From assembly GCA_027592155.1 (NCBI GenBank), contig JAQCKY010000001.1, forward strand, positions 1 through 25,972: 25,972 nucleotides of DNA, given 5' to 3'. This DNA is from Pseudomonadota bacterium (GTDB taxonomy: Bacteria; Pseudomonadota; Alphaproteobacteria; Rhodospirillales; UBA2165). Both the position numbers and the translations under genes were made by a program. Of this stretch, positions 24,671-25,972 are shown one piece after another. The notes under the pieces were generated by a model. It was not told the DNA's origin and did no database searches. It saw only the letters and a program-made list of their open reading frames with translations. Numbering within the stretch: position 1 is the first letter of the stretch; each line of letters starts with the position of its first letter.

Positions 24671-25972
24671 ATGGCTGAATCCGCCAAATCAAAAACGCCG
24701 TTTTTACGGAGTCTATCGGCACGGCTGCTGGTCTTGACAATATTTTTTGTCATGCTCGGCGAGCTGCTGATCTATGCGCCCTCGATCGCGCGCTTCCGGA
24801 CCGTCTATCTTGAAGAGCGGATCGCCGAAGCGCGGCTTGCCAGTATTGCCCTGGAAACCACCCCGCCGGCACAGGTCACGACACAGCTTCAGCAGAAGAT
24901 TCTCGATTTCTCGAATACCTACAACATCGTCCTGCGCCAGCCGAAACGCAGCATCCTGGCCCTCGGCGACCGGCCACCGCCCCTCGTCGATCTGACCGTC
25001 GATCTGCGCAAGACCGGCTTCTTGGGCTCGATCCGCGATACCGGTCAGGCGATGATTCAAACCAAGAACCGCGTTATGCGGGTGATCGGCCCGGCCCACA
25101 ATGACCCCGAAACCATTGTCGAGGTTCTGGTCGATGAGGCGCCGATGCGAGAGGCAATGTATGCTTTTTCAAACCGTGTCCTCGCGCTTTCCATCGTTAT
25201 TTCGCTGGTAACCGCCAGCCTGGTGTATCTCAGCCTGCAATGGCTGATGGTCGCCCCGATCCACCGGATCACCGAAAGCATGATGGCGTTCCGGGTACGG
25301 CCCCAAGACGAGTCGGTAAGCCCTAAGCCCAGCAGCCGGTCCGATGAAATCGGGGTGGCGCAACGGGAGCTGGCGGTGATGCAGCAGGAACTCCGCGTCT
25401 CCTTGGCGCAAAAGGAACGCCTCGCCTCGCTCGGCTCGGCGGTCGCAAAGGTTAACCACGATCTTCGAAATTCTCTCTCGACAGCAGTGCTGATCTCCGA
25501 CCGGATCGCGGAAAGCGATGACCCGGACGTCAAGCGGGTCGTGCCGAGATTGTTCGAAGCCATGGATCGGGCAATCGCCCTTTGCAATCATACCCTCAAT
25601 TTCGTCAAGGATGCGGGCCCCCAGGTTCATGCCAGTAAATTTCCGCTGACCGACTTGGTGGATGATGTCGGCGCTGGAATTATATCGTCCGAACTCGGAA
25701 CCATCGGAACAAATGGCATCCGGTGGGATAATCAAATCGATGCAGCCTTTGAGGTCGAAGCCGACCGCGACCAGCTTTTCCGTGCCTTCACAAATCTCGG
25801 CCGCAACGCTTATCAGGCGGGCGCGTCAACCGTCTGCCTTGAGGCCAAAATGGAAGAGGACAAGATTCATATCGACGTGACCGATAACGGGCCGGGGTTG
25901 CCGCAAAAGGCGCGGGATCATTTGTTTGAACCCTTTACCAGCTCCACCCGTCCCGGCGGAACCGGATTGGGG
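24671..25972 (+). CDS. Membrane sensor histidine kinase (2 TM, HAMP, HisKA, HATPase), 3' end outside the window
   Basis: Open frame from ATG 24671 to the window edge: LSARLLVLTIFFVM (TM1), TM2, SRSDEIG (HAMP), VNHDLRN (H box), NLGRNA, TDNGPG, LFEPF, GGTGLG. Missing from the ORF track because no stop is in the window. Confidence 0.95.
   Translation, partial: MAESAKSKTPFLRSLSARLLVLTIFFVMLGELLIYAPSIARFRTVYLEERIAEARLASIALETTPPAQVTTQLQQKILDFSNTYNIVLRQPKRSILALGDRPPPLVDLTVDLRKTGFLGSIRDTGQAMIQTKNRVMRVIGPAHNDPETIVEVLVDEAPMREAMYAFSNRVLALSIVISLVTASLVYLSLQWLMVAPIHRITESMMAFRVRPQDESVSPKPSSRSDEIGVAQRELAVMQQELRVSLAQKERLASLGSAVAKVNHDLRNSLSTAVLISDRIAESDDPDVKRVVPRLFEAMDRAIALCNHTLNFVKDAGPQVHASKFPLTDLVDDVGAGIISSELGTIGTNGIRWDNQIDAAFEVEADRDQLFRAFTNLGRNAYQAGASTVCLEAKMEEDKIHIDVTDNGPGLPQKARDHLFEPFTSSTRPGGTGLG

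Overview
High-GC alphaproteobacterial chromosome segment (gene order and protein motifs look Rhodospirillales-like; inferred, not searched). Two housekeeping blocks, def(partial)-fmt-truA at the left and (minus strand) rpmH-rnpA-yidD-yidC-yihA-argB / EAL gene / HAD nucleotidase-dapD-dapE-membrane protein-FAH gene, enclose an accessory stretch of about 9.5 kb (2111-11588). That stretch holds a class II aldolase-family gene, an AGE-family epimerase, a FAD oxidoreductase, a CMD-like gene, a rhodanese, a SAM methyltransferase, DUF4197, selD, a c-type cytochrome and a secreted protein broken by a TAA. The right end carries a TVP38/DedA gene, a MerA/LpdA-like flavoprotein and a truncated sensor kinase absent from the ORF track. 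Signals the ORF track misses: (1) selD starts at 8619 and has an in-frame TGA at the catalytic codon 17 (HGGG-U-GCK) followed by a SECIS-like hairpin, but also a 1-nt frameshift near 8819; (2) the rhodanese-methyltransferase / DUF4197-selD block is bracketed by two REP-like palindrome doublets, one interrupted by a second 39-bp element; (3) a near-consensus CRP-type box sits at class II spacing from a candidate ~55-nt anti-SD sRNA with its own terminator; (4) fmt has no ATG/GTG/TTG ahead of its conserved first strand and appears to start at ATC. No rRNA, tRNA, CRISPR array or transposase was seen. The ATC, the frameshift and the TAA could each be sequencing or assembly errors and need read-level checking.
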